A DNA stretch of 64,000 nt from Eledone cirrhosa. Its lineage: Eukaryota. The stretch covers positions 9,858,001 through 9,922,000 of the forward strand of contig OZ024765.1 of the NCBI GenBank assembly GCA_964016885.1, read 5' to 3'. Positions 13,183 to 25,731 of the stretch are shown here, piece by piece (positions within the stretch are counted from its first letter, which is position 1; every line of letters begins with the position of its first letter). A program made the position numbers and the translations under genes. A model generated the notes under the pieces. That model had not been told where the DNA came from. It did not search any database and saw only the letters and a program-made list of their open reading frames with translations.

Positions 13183-13602
13183 CGACAAGTGGCGTCCTCT
13201 TGTGGTTCACTGGAACGTAATAATTTAAATTAATCAGATATTTGTTCATTTAATGCTTACACACACATCTCTCTTTATATATATACACACACATATATGT
13301 ACATACATACACATATATACATACATACACACAATAATATATATATACATACACATATATATACATTCATACACACATATATACATTCATACACACATAT
13401 ATATACATACATACATACACATATATACATGCAAACACATATACACATATATATATATATATATACATACAAACACATATATACATACAAACACATATAT
13501 ACATACACACACATATACATACATACACATATATACATGCAAACACATATACACAGATATACTTACATACACACACACACATATATATATACATACAAAC
13601 AC

Positions 13603-13637
<35 letters not shown>

Positions 13638-13713
13638 CATACAAACACACATGCACATACACACTATACACATACATTTATACACACACGTAGTTATATA
13701 CACATACATACAG

Positions 13714-13760
<47 letters not shown>

Positions 13761-14114
13761 AACACCTATATGAGTGTGTATATATAACTACGTGTGTGTA
13801 TATATATATGTATGTGGGCGTGCATATATATATATATGTGTGTGTGTGTACGGAGATCGTCTGCAGCACGAATAACACCAATTTCACAGGCCATCCCCAA
13901 ACGAAATATTTTCTATATTTTCTCTGTTCTCTGTGTTTGCCGTAATTCCTTTATTGATTAACTAATTACGCAATCTGCACCTGATGATGTCACCAGGATC
14001 TTACGTAATCAGGCTATTGAAATCTTAACTATAATAAAGAGAGGAGCGCGCGACTGCGTCCAGAATATATTTTGTTATCCCGTTTGTAAAATAAGTTGGA
14101 TTACTTTGAATAAA

Positions 14115-14226
14115 TAATTGTTTCTACTTTAGGCACAAGGCCAGCAAATATCCAGTGCATTACTGGTACTTTATTTTATCGACCCCGTAAGGATGAAAGG
14201 CAAAGTCAACCTCGGCGGGATTTGAA
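14115..14226 (-). mobile_element. SINE family S1, 5'-truncated
   Basis: Reverse-complement core and 3' end. Confidence 0.8.
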
Positions 14227-14872
14227 TAAATAATGAATGAATATTACATAATTTATCTACTAAATTTAGTAGCTGTTGATTAAATATAAATAATTTTATT
14301 GCTTATTTTAAGATTCACTTCTTTAAAATTTTCAAATGTCAACACTTCCGGTTAGCGATCGCTTAAATAAACATTCATATATTTCCATCACTAATTTTCT
14401 CCTAATGCAGTTTATATATAATATCGTCTTTTTTTAATGTATCATGGATTACGTTACTGATTACATAAGACAGTGTAACACAGTCTTCGTTCAATTTATG
14501 TGTATATTGTCAATTACGATTTCATTTGATGTATCATATCTACCTGCGTATAATATCAATATACACACTACACAGGCTAGAAGAAAACCACCCGAAGGGT
14601 GATTTTATTTCTGCAAGTATATATATAGTGTATTTTGCAACAATAAAACTTTAAAGAAACATTACCACTCCGACCTCTTGTTATTTTAATCAAATTAATA
14701 TTTAACTCCATTCCTGTACCATCCACAGGTCAACTAAACAGAATAACCATTTCTATCCAGTGCTGAACCCCCCCCCCCCCCCCCACACACACACATATAT
14801 ATATATATATAATTATTGAGTAAAATGGCAGAAGGCCGGACTGGTGAAATTCCTTCAAAGATTTATTATAGC

Positions 14873-14934
14873 AAACACTATGTACATTTCAGTGACCAAG
14901 TTCCGTATGATCCTGGTGATATCATCAGATGTTT
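14873..14934 (-). ncRNA. Hammerhead ribozyme (own family; degenerate relative at 13981-14038)
   Basis: rc: AAACAT-CTGATGA-TATCACCAGGATCATACGGAACTTGGTCACT-GAAA-TGTACA-TA/GTGTTT, then AATAAA. Stem III is the palindrome TGTACA. Confidence 0.7.
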
Positions 14935-15019
14935 ATTGCATAATAGTTATATATTACATCATGGTTGACTATACGGAATGACCAGTTCTATCCAGTGGTG
15001 AACCACCAAACTTAAACGA

Positions 15020-15609
15020 ATATATATATATATATAAAGTTGTAGTTCCTGTCTGTTTGTTCACGAACTCCTCCTATGGTTTTGGAGATAGACCCCCATA
15101 ACCATATATATTCTGAAACTACATTGCCCAGGGTAATTGGATAAGTATATTTCATTTTAATCAAAGGGTTCCCCGGGGGCACAAACCCCCGCTGAAAATT
15201 TTTTCCCTTCGATTTATATGAAATTTAAACCATAGGTAAATGACAAGATATGATGCCTATTCATAAAATTTCAGCAAATTTCAATAATATTAAACCCCCT
15301 ATATTGAAACTTTTGGAAGCCCATAACTTGGGTATAGGAACCTCTGTTATCACAGGGTTTTTCTATTAATTAAACGTAAATCAACAAAAAAAGCACCTCT
15401 CTTTTATAGTAAAATTTGGCTAATTTAGACATTTTATCTATGGCAAAACATCACTAGAATTATGACAACAAAAACTATTAATGCCACTACTTTTTTAACA
15501 TTTTCCATTTATTTTTTCTCCATAAATTATATCACTGATTTAAAATCAATCATCATTTTCTTATAAAAAAAATGTGTGAAACGCAGCAAGGCGCGGGTAA
15601 TTCGGCTAG
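15020..15609 (+). mobile_element. Non-autonomous Helitron-like element
   Basis: The 5' end TATATAAAG...GTCTGTTTGTTCACGAACTCCTCC and the GC-rich 3' end CGCAGCAAGGCGCGGGTAATTCGG-CTAG (15606-15609) match typical Helitron termini. Confidence 0.6.
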
Positions 15610-15629
15610 AATATATATATATATATATA

Positions 15630-15730
15630 TGAGAAAAACGTGCTGCGGGTTGCTAATGGGTTACATATGAATAAAGTTAGTCCTTCATCAGTGATCTTCC
15701 AACCATCATTGGTATTTCATCGCTTTAAAG
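15630..15730 (-). mobile_element. Family F insert fragment
   Basis: rc AAAGCGATGAAATACCAATGATGGTTGGAAGATCACTGATGAAGGACTAAC. Homologs lie at 28932-29042 and 49630-50055. Confidence 0.6.
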
Positions 15731-15736
15731 ATATAT

Positions 15737-15865
15737 AACAAAGGAATTGTGGAAAGGAACCAGATGGAGCGTAACGCACCAGAGTACTCAATACTTAGGG
15801 TAGTGGAGTGGAAAATAGCCGTCGAAACGGCTTGAGCTCTGCCGTCGGGGTCATACTTTTTCCTA
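15737..15865. mobile_element. Family B insert (inverted 3' region plus forward hammerhead 3' half)
   Basis: Same sequence blocks as 6312-6508, rearranged. Confidence 0.75.
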
Positions 15866-16745
15866 TACATATACACGTATATGAAAGATCCTCTGTCGGT
15901 TTCAACGATGTGCATTCGTTTGTTTGATCAACTGAATGACCTAGAAGTTAAATGGCTGAATATTCCTCAGACATGTACACTCAACGTAATTCTCAGGGAG
16001 ATTCAGCATGACCACCACCAACACAATCACTAACACCACACCACCAACACCAGACCACCACTACCACCACCACCACTATCACACCACCATCACCAACAAC
16101 ACCATCACCAAAATCGATAAGTTAATCACGTGATTATCTCTCGACTGAACATGTCTTGTTTACTGTCCACGTGGTCATTGATCGAGGTTACAGGGGTGGG
16201 GGCAGGGTGAAGAAGAAGACGAAGAAGACCATCACAAAACCATCAATATACCACACCACCACCACCACCACCACCAATACAACCACAACACCACCATTAT
16301 CACTACCAATATACCACAGACACCACCACTACCACAACGCCACTTCCAATACACCGCAACACCAACAACAACACCACAACACCACCACAACACCACCATC
16401 ACCACCAATGCACCACAGACACCACCACCAGTACCACAACGCCACTTCCAACACTACCACCACTAATACACCACCACCAACACCACCACCATCACAGAAC
16501 CATCAATACACCACACCACCAACAACACAAACAAGACACCCCATCGTTAAAGCTAATACAAAGAGGAGAGTTTCTAAGTGTGAAAAGATGTGACAAGATG
16601 TGACATCTACGGAGTTGTTAACACGTTTCAAAATGTCGCCTGTGTAACTAATATCAATATATCGTCTCTTTTAAAACTTGATTAACGTATGTTGTAATAT
16701 AGTAATATATATATATAGTCTTCGTCCCTACCTGCCTATATATAC

Positions 16746-16817
<72 letters not shown>

Positions 16818-17377
16818 GAAAGCCATTAAGTGCTATTAAGTCTTTCCGGCACAAGTAACGCGTCCTTCCGATCGTCCCTCCATTATTATTCACTGCGATC
16901 ACGTCCGTTGTTACAACAATAATCAAGAAAAGCAGACGACATCTTGTTTTGTTTTATCATCACTTCTACTATCATTATTATTATTGTTATTGTTATTATT
17001 ATTATTATTATCATTTCTGTGTTTAACTTAATCTTTCAGACAAATATCAGGAAGGCAACAGGAGAAAAAGAAAGGTAAAGAAAAAATAACAAAAACAACA
17101 ACAGACAAACAAATTCAGCTACTGTTTTCAAGACATCATCAACAACAACAAAAGCACCACCCGATGTCATATATAACTCAATATTTTCAAATATTGGACA
17201 CGAACAGACAAGTGTTTAACAACGAAACGAAATAAGCGAACAGAAGTTATTATTTTTTTTATGTTTCTCCATATTTGTTTAAGAAAACAATCCCTTCTCT
17301 CTACCAATAAACAATAAGAAACCCACCCGTTTTCATGTTTAACACGGTAGTTTTAAGAGTTGTATAAAAAAGGGTAA

Positions 17378-18316
17378 AGCGGCGAAATGGTAGAGTCGTT
17401 AGAACGCCGGATAGAATGATTTACTGTATTTATTTCGGCTTTCTACTCTCTGAGTTCAAATCCCGCCGAGATTAACTTTGCCTTTCATCCTTTCGAGGTC
17501 ATAATAAAAACTACCAGTCTAGTACTGGGGTCGATTCTTCCTCTATATCTCTTTCTCACTTTCAATGTTTCTCGGGAACAAATCTGCTGTACTGAGGCCT
17601 GGAGAGGTTTGGTGTCCGCCAGGCTTAAAAATGCCGAGGTCAACTTTATCTTTCATCCTTTCGGGGTCGATAAAAAGTACCAGTCGAGTACTGGGGTCGA
17701 TTCTTCCTCTATACCTCTTTCTCACTTTCAATGTTTCTCGGGAACAAATCTGCTGTACTGAGGCCTGGAGAGGTATGGTGTCCGCCAGGCTTAAAAATGC
17801 CGAGGTCAACTTTATCTTTCATCCTTTCGGGGTCGATAAAAAGTACCAGTCGAGTACTGGGGTCGATTCTTCCTCTATACCTCTTTCTCACTTTCAATGT
17901 TTCTCGGGAACAAATCTGCTGTACTGAGGCCTGGAGAGGTATGGTGTCCGCCAGGCTTAAAAATGCCGAGGTCAACTTTATCTTTCATCCTTTCGGGGTC
18001 GATAAAAAGTACCAGTCGAGTACTGGGGTGGATTCTTCCTCTATATCTCTTTCTCATTCCCTCTCTCACTTTCTTTCTCTGGAAGAAATCTGCTGTACTG
18101 AGGCCTGGGGAGGGATGGGAACCGCCAGGCTTAAAAATGCCGAGGTCAACTTTGTCTTTCATCCTTTCGGGGTCGATAAAAAGTACCAGTCTAGTACTGG
18201 GGTCGATTGTTCCACTATATTTCTATCTCATTTCCTCTCTCTCACTTTCTATCTTTCTCTGGAAGAAATCTGCTGTACTCAGGCATGGGGAGGGATCGGC
18301 TCCGCCAGACTTAAAT
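17378..18316 (+). repeat. SINE followed by a ~166-bp tandem array of its core plus flank (about 5 units)
   Basis: SINE head at 17378-17466. GCCGAG(G/A)T...TTTCATCCTTTCG units start near 17465, 17633, 17799, 17965 and 18139. Confidence 0.85.
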
Positions 18317-18521
18317 TGCCCAAGAAATGCCGTATGTCAATATGGCGCCTATATGGCTATATCGGGAGTTACGGGACCAATCATACATACTGTATCAAAA
18401 AAAAAAAGGTGTTGGATTCAAGATGATCATAAGGCTCTGAGTTCTATTCCGGGGCCAAGTGTTACATTGTATTCTTGGGCAATATGCTGCACTGCTTCTA
18501 TATATTTATATATATATATAT

Positions 18522-18705
18522 ATAGGAACAAGTAAGACCCCGACGGCTGAGCTCAAGCCGTTTCAGTCCAGAATTAGCCGTCGAAACGGCTTGAGCTCAG
18601 CCGTCGGGGTCTTACTTGTTCCTATTACCCACTCTACTACCGTAAGTATTGAGTACTTTGGTGCGTTATGGTCCACCTGGTTCCTTACCACATTTCCTTC
18701 GTTCT
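18522..18705 (+). mobile_element. Family B fold-back insert
   Basis: Inverted repeat 18522-18625 around AGTCCAGAATTAGCCGTC, then the family 3' region. It is flanked by (TA)n. Confidence 0.8.
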
Positions 18706-18808
18706 ATATATATATATATATATACGTTATTCCGGGTTGAATCGGAGGTAACCACAGTAAGTAAGGTACTCAATACATAGCAGAGTATAAAAGTTTTAAT
18801 ATAGATGA

Positions 18809-18857
18809 GATTCTACAGGACTAGAACTGTTTCATTCTTTAGAAATCATCAGGAATC
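18809..18857 (-). ncRNA. Hammerhead ribozyme, family A (element 18724-18860)
   Basis: rc: GATTC-CTGATGA-TTTCTAAAGAAT-GAAA-CAG-TTCTAGTC-CTG-TA/GAATC, followed by ATTAAA. Confidence 0.8.
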
Positions 18858-18858
18858 A

Positions 18859-18911
<53 letters not shown>

Positions 18912-19201
18912 CTACTGTACGTCTGTATACATATATGTATGTACGTATACATACTTATTTAAGTAACAGCCGTAATAAGAGTGAGAAATGAAATTTCGTT
19001 TCATTTTTTCCGAGGATTATCCTAGATGCAGTAATGGTTAATTACTGCACTGGATATGGTTGACGTACGGTGAGAGGTTACTCAACGAGTTATGGAAGAA
19101 TTGTTGAAGAAACTTAGTTCCTGATCCTTCTGTATTCCGGAGTGTAGATAAAGAATGAATAATAACAGGTAGACATCAGAAAAAGGTAATTTATTCCGTG
19201 G

Positions 19202-19312
19202 GCTTACAAATGTTTCCACGGTGGTACTACAGCCTAGTTATGCTATGTGCAAATTTACAACTGTTTGCAAAACTCAAATATCAAATGCTGTGACCACTGT
19301 TTCATCAGAGCA
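19202..19312 (-). ncRNA. Hammerhead ribozyme with long stem II, family I, inside a fold-back element (about 19148-19428)
   Basis: rc: GCT-CTGATGA-AACAGTGGT-CACAGC...GCTGT-AGT-ACCACCGTG-GAAA-CATTTG-TA/AGC, then AATAAA. The right arm repeats the 3' half. Confidence 0.7.
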
Positions 19313-19424
19313 GAATGTAAATTTGCACATAGCATAACTAGGCTGTATAACCACCGTGGAAACATTTGTAAGCACACGGAATAAATTACCTTTTTATGAT
19401 GTCTACCTGTTATTATTCATTCTT

Positions 19425-19483
<59 letters not shown>

Positions 19484-19609
19484 GGTAAACAGAAATAACA
19501 ATACAATCGATACAGTATATGGAAGGAATATATTAGGTTAACGCTTGATATAGCAGGAACGCCATTACTACTCATAGAAATACAGCAGCAACCTTTGTCT
19601 GTATACATA

Positions 19610-20090
19610 TCTATCTATCTAAGGCGGGTAAAATTCCCGAGATCCATGGACGAGCTCTCTCCAGCGGTCTCTGTCCCTCATTATCGCTGCCCTGTCCTGC
19701 GTCTCCAACAGACCAGTGTCTGTCCTTAGGGCATCAACATATGTTAACCTTGGTCTTCCTCTTCTAGTGTGTCCATGTAGGGGCTCCCAAAGGACCACTG
19801 AGTGCAATGTCAACTCTGGATGTCGGTGAGCATGTCCAGCCAACCTCAGTCTCCTCTGTGTCACTTTTGAGCTGACTTTTGGGATGCTCCCACACAGCTT
19901 GAGATCGGTGTGGAAGTCGGACCTTCGTAGAGACCTGAAGGTCCGCCTCTTCATTGCTGTAGTGGAGTCTGTGCTGCTGTACAGGTCTGAGACTTGGACA
20001 CTGACCAAGAAACTCACTCAGATGGTGGATGGGTGCTACACGAGAATGCTGAGGATGGCTCTGAACATTAATCAGTATACACTGAGGATG
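19610..20090 (-). mobile_element. RTE-clade LINE 3' fragment with inverted 5' part and (TAGA)n tail
   Basis: Minus 19619-19887 encodes SIPKVSSKVTQRRLRLAGHAHRH...RGRPRLTYVD...DRDRWRELV. Plus 19892-20090 encodes the preceding segment, SVWKSDLRRDLKVRLFIAVVESVLLY.SETWTLTKK...DGCYTRMLRMALN. Confidence 0.85.
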
Positions 20091-20109
20091 TATACATATA
20101 ATATAATAT

Positions 20110-20387
20110 AATTGTTTCTACTTTTGGCAGAAAGCCAGCAATTACCCAGTGTATTACTGGTACTTTGTTTTATCGACCCCGTAAGGATGAAAGGCAAAGT
20201 TAACCTCGGCGGGGGTTTGAACTGAGAATGTAATAATAATATAATATAATGGTTTCTAATTTAGGCAGAAGGCCAACAATTCTCGAGCAGGGGAAAGTCG
20301 ATTAAGTCGACCCCAGCGCATTACTGGTACTTTATTTTATCGACCCTGAAAGGATGAAAGGCAAAGCAAACATCGGCGGGATTTGAA
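20110..20387 (-). mobile_element. Two adjacent truncated S1 SINEs
   Basis: Reverse-complement cores at about 20155-20210 and 20320-20380. Confidence 0.8.
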
Positions 20388-20517
20388 ATATAATATAACA
20401 CGTATATATATATATATATATATACACATAATATATATATATATATATATACATAATATATATATATATATATACATAATATATATATATATATATACAT
20501 AATATATATATATATAC

Positions 20518-20590
<73 letters not shown>

Positions 20591-20697
20591 ATATATATAT
20601 ATATATACATAATATATACATAATATATATATATATACATAATATATATATATACATATACATAATATATATATACATATAAATAATATATATATAC

Positions 20698-20740
<43 letters not shown>

Positions 20741-20842
20741 ATATATATATAAATATATATATAGACATAATATATATATATATATACATACATTATATAT
20801 ATATGTACATATACATAACACACACACACACACATATATATA

Positions 20843-20940
20843 CAGGGTGTCCCAAAAATGTATACACACTTCGATTACCTGTCCAGGCAATATTTATTAG
20901 AATGCTGTTGATGTCTGTATACATTTTGGGGGACACCCTG
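20843..20940. mobile_element. Tc1/mariner-type MITE with TA target duplication
   Basis: TA-CAGGGTGTCCCAAAAATGTATAC...GTATACATTTTGGGGGACACCCTG-TA. Confidence 0.8.
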
Positions 20941-20943
20941 TAT

Positions 20944-21025
<82 letters not shown>

Positions 21026-21070
21026 ATAATATATTATATATATATATATAATATATTATATATATATATA

Positions 21071-21136
<66 letters not shown>

Positions 21137-21204
21137 TATATATTAAGTATATATCTTATTTACATTTATATTATGTATATATTTTATATATAATATATGT
21201 GTAT

Positions 21205-21254
<50 letters not shown>

Positions 21255-21259
<5 letters not shown>

Positions 21260-21802
21260 CAGAGAATGTCTGTCTGTCTGTCTCCCTAAAACTCGAGAAC
21301 CACCCAACCGATTGTTTTCAACCTTTACACATGTAATACTTATGGCCCTGTGAGTGTTTTGAGCAAAAGCAATGTCAAATTTTCAATGCCCTAGGGACCG
21401 CATTAGGCGATTTAGCGATCTCTCTCTATAATTCTTAGTCTTTCTTTTTAGATAGATACATAGATATAACGTTGCGCCCTTATAATATCTGTCTGTATGT
21501 CTGGCTGTCTGCATTACGACATTATGACGCTATATGTGTGTGTGTATATGTATATATAGTGTGTGTGTATATATATATCTATATAGTGGGAAACGTTTTT
21601 CGAATTATTTACTTCTGCTTTCACAGATTCATTTTTTTAGTTTCAGAAGATCCTGTTAAGGGTGAAAGCAGCAATTCTTTGCTGAAAATTTGAAATTTGT
21701 TTTGCTCAAAACACTTACAGGACCATAAGTATTACATGTGTAAAGTTTGAAAACAATCGGTTGGGTGGTTCTCGCGTTTTAGGGGAACAGACAGACATTC
21801 TC

Positions 21803-21810
<8 letters not shown>
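21255..21810. mobile_element. Inverted pair of Helitron-like 5' ends (about 130 bp each)
   Basis: 21255-21386 (AACAGAGAATGTCTGTCTG...CAACCGATT...) is the diverged reverse complement of 21683-21810. Confidence 0.55.
21639..21688 (+). ncRNA. Degenerate family D hammerhead-like motif
   Basis: AGTTT-CAGAAGA-TCCTGTTAAGGGT-GAAA-GCA...TGC-TG, with the cleavage base mutated to G. Confidence 0.45.
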
Positions 21811-21856
<46 letters not shown>

Positions 21857-22049
21857 TTATATATATATATATAATAAACAATAAAATATAATTACCTCAT
21901 TACTTGAGCTCTGCCGTCGGGGTCTTACTTTTTCCTATATATGTATAGAGGGGGAGAGAGAGAAATATCGGTGATCTACTGCAACTAGCTACTACCATCA
22001 TCATCATCATAATGACCTCCATCACAGCAGGTAACAACTGATAACAGCC

Positions 22050-22750
22050 ACCACTACCACTACTGCCACCACCACTACCACTACCACCACACTACCACTA
22101 CTGCCACTACCACCACTACCACTACACACCACCACCACTACCACTACACTACCAGCTCCACTACCACCACCACCACCACAACACACTACCACCACTACAC
22201 CACTACTCCCACTACCACTACAGACCACCACCACTACCACCACTACCACTACCCCACTACCACTACAGACCACCACCACCACTACCACTACCACCACTAC
22301 ACACTACCACCACCACTACCACTACACTACCAGCTCCACTACCACCACCACCACAACACACTACCACCACTACCCCCACTACCACTACCACTACCACCAC
22401 AACACACTACCACCACTACACCACTACCCCCACTACCACTACAGACCACCACCACCACCACCACTACTACCACCACCACTACCACCACTACCACCACTAC
22501 ACACTACCCCCACTACCACTACAGACCACCACCACCACTACTACCACCACCACTACCACCACTACCACCACCACTACCACCACTACCACCACTACACACT
22601 ACCACCACCACTACTATCACCACCACCACCACCACCACCACTACTACCACCACCACTACCACCACCACTACCACCACTACCACCACTACACACTACCACC
22701 ACCACTACTATCACCACCACTACCACTACCACCACTACTACTATTACTAC
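22050..22750. repeat. (ACC/ACT)n trinucleotide-derived repeat
   Basis: Seen directly. Similar tracts lie at 16010-16530, 23575-23765 and 43245-43592. Confidence 0.9.
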
Positions 22751-23176
22751 AACCTGAGGCAGATACGTGATATTTTCGAAAACCAGCTTTCTGTTTATCA
22801 ATTTTTCATTACACACACACACACACACATACATACACACATACACACACACATATATACACACACATACACATATACACATACACACACACACACACAC
22901 ATATATACACACACATACACATATACACATACACACACATATATACACACACATACACATATACACACATACACACACACACACATACACACACACACAC
23001 ACATACACATATACACACATACACACACACATACACACACATATATACACACACATACACATATACACACATACACACACACACACACACACATACACAC
23101 ACACATACACACACACATACATACACACACATACACATACACACACATATAAACACATACACACACACACACACAC

Positions 23177-23213
<37 letters not shown>

Positions 23214-23837
23214 TATATACACAGAAACACCACGATACTACACACACACACACACACACACAGAAACACCACCACACAACACATACACGCACACACGTAT
23301 ATATATATATATATATATATACACCACGACACTACATACATATACACGTTTATACACACAGAGAAATACCACGACACTACACTATTCATCCAACCACCAT
23401 GAGCTCACCCGATCTGCTAGAAATAGGAGTTAAATCTCCCTCATGCGACGGTCTATCGTCTTTATAAAAGGAAGGACATACAGGATATCACTGTCTGAAA
23501 TATAAACACGGTGGTCATGGCTGGAGTGGATTTCAACATATGCTGGCTGAATTAGGGTAAAAACAATAGCAGCTGCTTCTACTACTGCAGCTACTACTGC
23601 TACTACTACTGCAGCTACTACTGCTACTACTACTGCAGCTACTACTGCTTCTACTACTGCTTCTACTACTGCAGCTACTACTGCTTCTACTACTGCAGCT
23701 ACTACTGCTACTACTACTGCAGCTACTACTGCTTCTACTACTGCAGCTACTACTGCTACTACTACTGTTGTTGTAATACATACCACAGCATACATACCAC
23801 AGCACTACATCCCCAACACACATGTATGTATATTGAG

Positions 23838-24188
23838 GCACATGGCTTAGTGGTTAGAGCATTGGCCTTGCAATCGAAAGGTTGTGAGTTCAATTCTCAG
23901 ACCGGGTGATGTGTTGTTTCCTTGAGCAAGACACTTTATTACACATTGCTCCAGTTTACTCAGCTGTAGAAATGAGGTGATAGGGACTGGGATCCCTATC
24001 ATTCCACTGTAAAGTGGACGTGGAGGTGCCACGGCAAAAAAGCACCCAGCACTCACTGTAAAAATGAGGTTGGTGTTAGGAAGGGCATCCAGCTGTAGAA
24101 ATAAAGCCAGAATCAGTTCCCGTCCCACCCTTGCAAGCAGGGAAAAGCGGACGTAAAATGACGACGATGATGATGATGATGATGATGA
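23838..24188 (+). mobile_element. tRNA-derived SINE family S2 (CORE-like domain, (GAT)n tail)
   Basis: A-box TGGCTTAGTGG, B-box GAGTTCAATTC, CCTTGAGCAAGACACTTTATT...CAGCTGTAGAAATG, then TTAGGAAGGGCATCCAGC and a GATGATGAT tail. Confidence 0.8.
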
Positions 24189-24190
24189 CA

Positions 24191-24310
24191 TGAAAAGATT
24201 CAGGACCCCAACTGAGCTCCGGCCGTTTCGACAGCTAGACCCGAACGCTGTTCGCATCTAGCTGTCGAAATGGCCAGAGCTCAGCTGTCGGGGGTCCTGA
24301 ATCTTTTCAT
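24191..24310. mobile_element. Family B-related (B2) fold-back insert
   Basis: TGAAAAGATTCAGGACCCC...GGGGTCCTGAATCTTTTCA inverted repeat with GAAA...GTC/GGGGTC. A relative lies at 30882-30981. Confidence 0.7.
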
Positions 24311-24828
24311 ATTACCCACTCTACTATCATATTACCCACTCTTCTATCATATTACCCACTCTACTATCATATTACCCACTCTTCTATCATATTACCCACT
24401 CTACTATCATATTACCCACTCTACTATCATATTACCCACTCTTCTATCATATTACCCACTCTACTATCATATTACCCACTCTACTATCATATTACCCACT
24501 CTACTATCATATTACCCACTCTACTATCATATTACCCACTCTTCTATCATATTACCCACTCTACTATCATATTACCCACTCTACTATCATATTACCCACT
24601 CTACTATCATATTACCCACTCTACTATCATATTACCCACTCTACTATCATATTACCCACTCTTCTATCATATTACCCACTCTACTATCATATTACCCACT
24701 CTACTATCATATTACCCACTCTTCTATCATATTACCCACTCTACTATCATATTACCCACTCTACTATCATATTACCCACTCTTCTATCATATTACCCACT
24801 CTACTATCATATTACCCACTCTACTATC
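24308..24828 (+). repeat. 20-bp tandem repeat, about 26 copies, derived from the family B 3' region
   Basis: The unit CATATTACCCACTCT(A/T)CTAT matches family B TATTACCCACTCTACTA. Confidence 0.95.
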
Positions 24829-24869
24829 GCAAGTATCGAGACAACCCCCCCCCCCCCATCTCAATTCTA

Positions 24870-24905
24870 CTTTTGAAAAGCATAAGGACTGTGAAACCAG
24901 TAAAG
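24870..24905 (+). ncRNA. Hammerhead-like motif, family K (U3-A8 core)
   Basis: CTT-TTGAAAA-GCATAAGGACTGT-GAAA-CCAG-TA/AAG, then AATAAA. Confidence 0.55.
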
Positions 24906-25059
24906 GAAATAAATAAATATTCTTAAAAAGACTCCAGTTGCATTTTCGATTTCTTTTCCTTATATTTTCACCCGGGCAGGTGTAGGACAACTCGTTTATT
25001 AATTAAAAAAAACTTCATTTCATTATATATATATATTTATATATACTTAATATAGAAAT

Positions 25060-25110
25060 GGCTTCTACAGGACTAGAACTGTTTCATTCGGGAGAAATCA
25101 TCAGGAAGCC
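25060..25110 (-). ncRNA. Hammerhead ribozyme, family A (left arm of fold-back 25047-25208)
   Basis: rc: GGCTTC-CTGATGA-TTTCTCCCGAAT-GAAA-CAG-TTCTAGTC-CTG-TA/GAAGCC, with a 6-bp stem I. Confidence 0.85.
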
Positions 25111-25144
25111 GACTGTCCAAGTAATATGGTGTACTTGGACAGTC

Positions 25145-25195
25145 GCTTTCCTGATGATTTCTCCCGAATGAAACAGTTCTAGTCCTGTAGAAGCC
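25145..25195 (+). ncRNA. Hammerhead ribozyme, family A (right arm; element continues to 25278)
   Basis: CTGATGA at 25151-25157...GAAA-CAG...CTG-TA/GAAGCC, then ATTAAA. Confidence 0.75.
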
Positions 25196-25276
25196 ATTTG
25201 TATATTAAATATTTATACTCTGCTATGTATTGAGTACCTTACTTACAGTGGTTACCCCCGATTGAACCCGGGATAA

Positions 25277-25347
<71 letters not shown>

Positions 25348-25349
<2 letters not shown>

Positions 25350-25485
25350 TAGGGCGGGTAAAATTCCCGAGATCCATGGATGAGTTCTTTCCAGCGGTCT
25401 CTGTCCCTCATTATCGCTGCCATGCCCTGCATCTCCCAGTGACCAGTGTCTGTCCTTAGGGCATCAACATACGTTAACCTTGGTC
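25348..25485 (-). mobile_element. RTE LINE extreme 3' fragment
   Basis: Homologous to 19619-19755. Confidence 0.8.
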
Positions 25486-25577
25486 AAACACGGGCCTAGA
25501 ATTCAACAGACGCACCTATCCCGAGCATTACAAGTAAAAAAAAACACACATCCCCAACACACATGTATGTATATAGA

Positions 25578-25731
25578 GGCACATGGCTTAGTGGTTAGAG
25601 CATTGGCCTTGCAACCGAAAGCTTGTGAGTTCAATTCTCAGACCGGGTGATGTGTTGTTTCCTTGAGCAAGACACTTTATTTCACATTGCTCCAGTTTAC
25701 TCAGCTGTAGAAATGAGATGATAGGGACTGG
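25578..25731 (+). mobile_element. S2 SINE 5' half (local duplicate of 23838-23991)
   Basis: Near-identical, including the upstream flank. Confidence 0.8.

Noticed and set aside
23838-23910. tRNA gene (also considered for 32902 and 45811)
   Set aside because: A and B boxes are present, but no acceptor stem closes and the sequence runs into a SINE body, so these are SINE heads.
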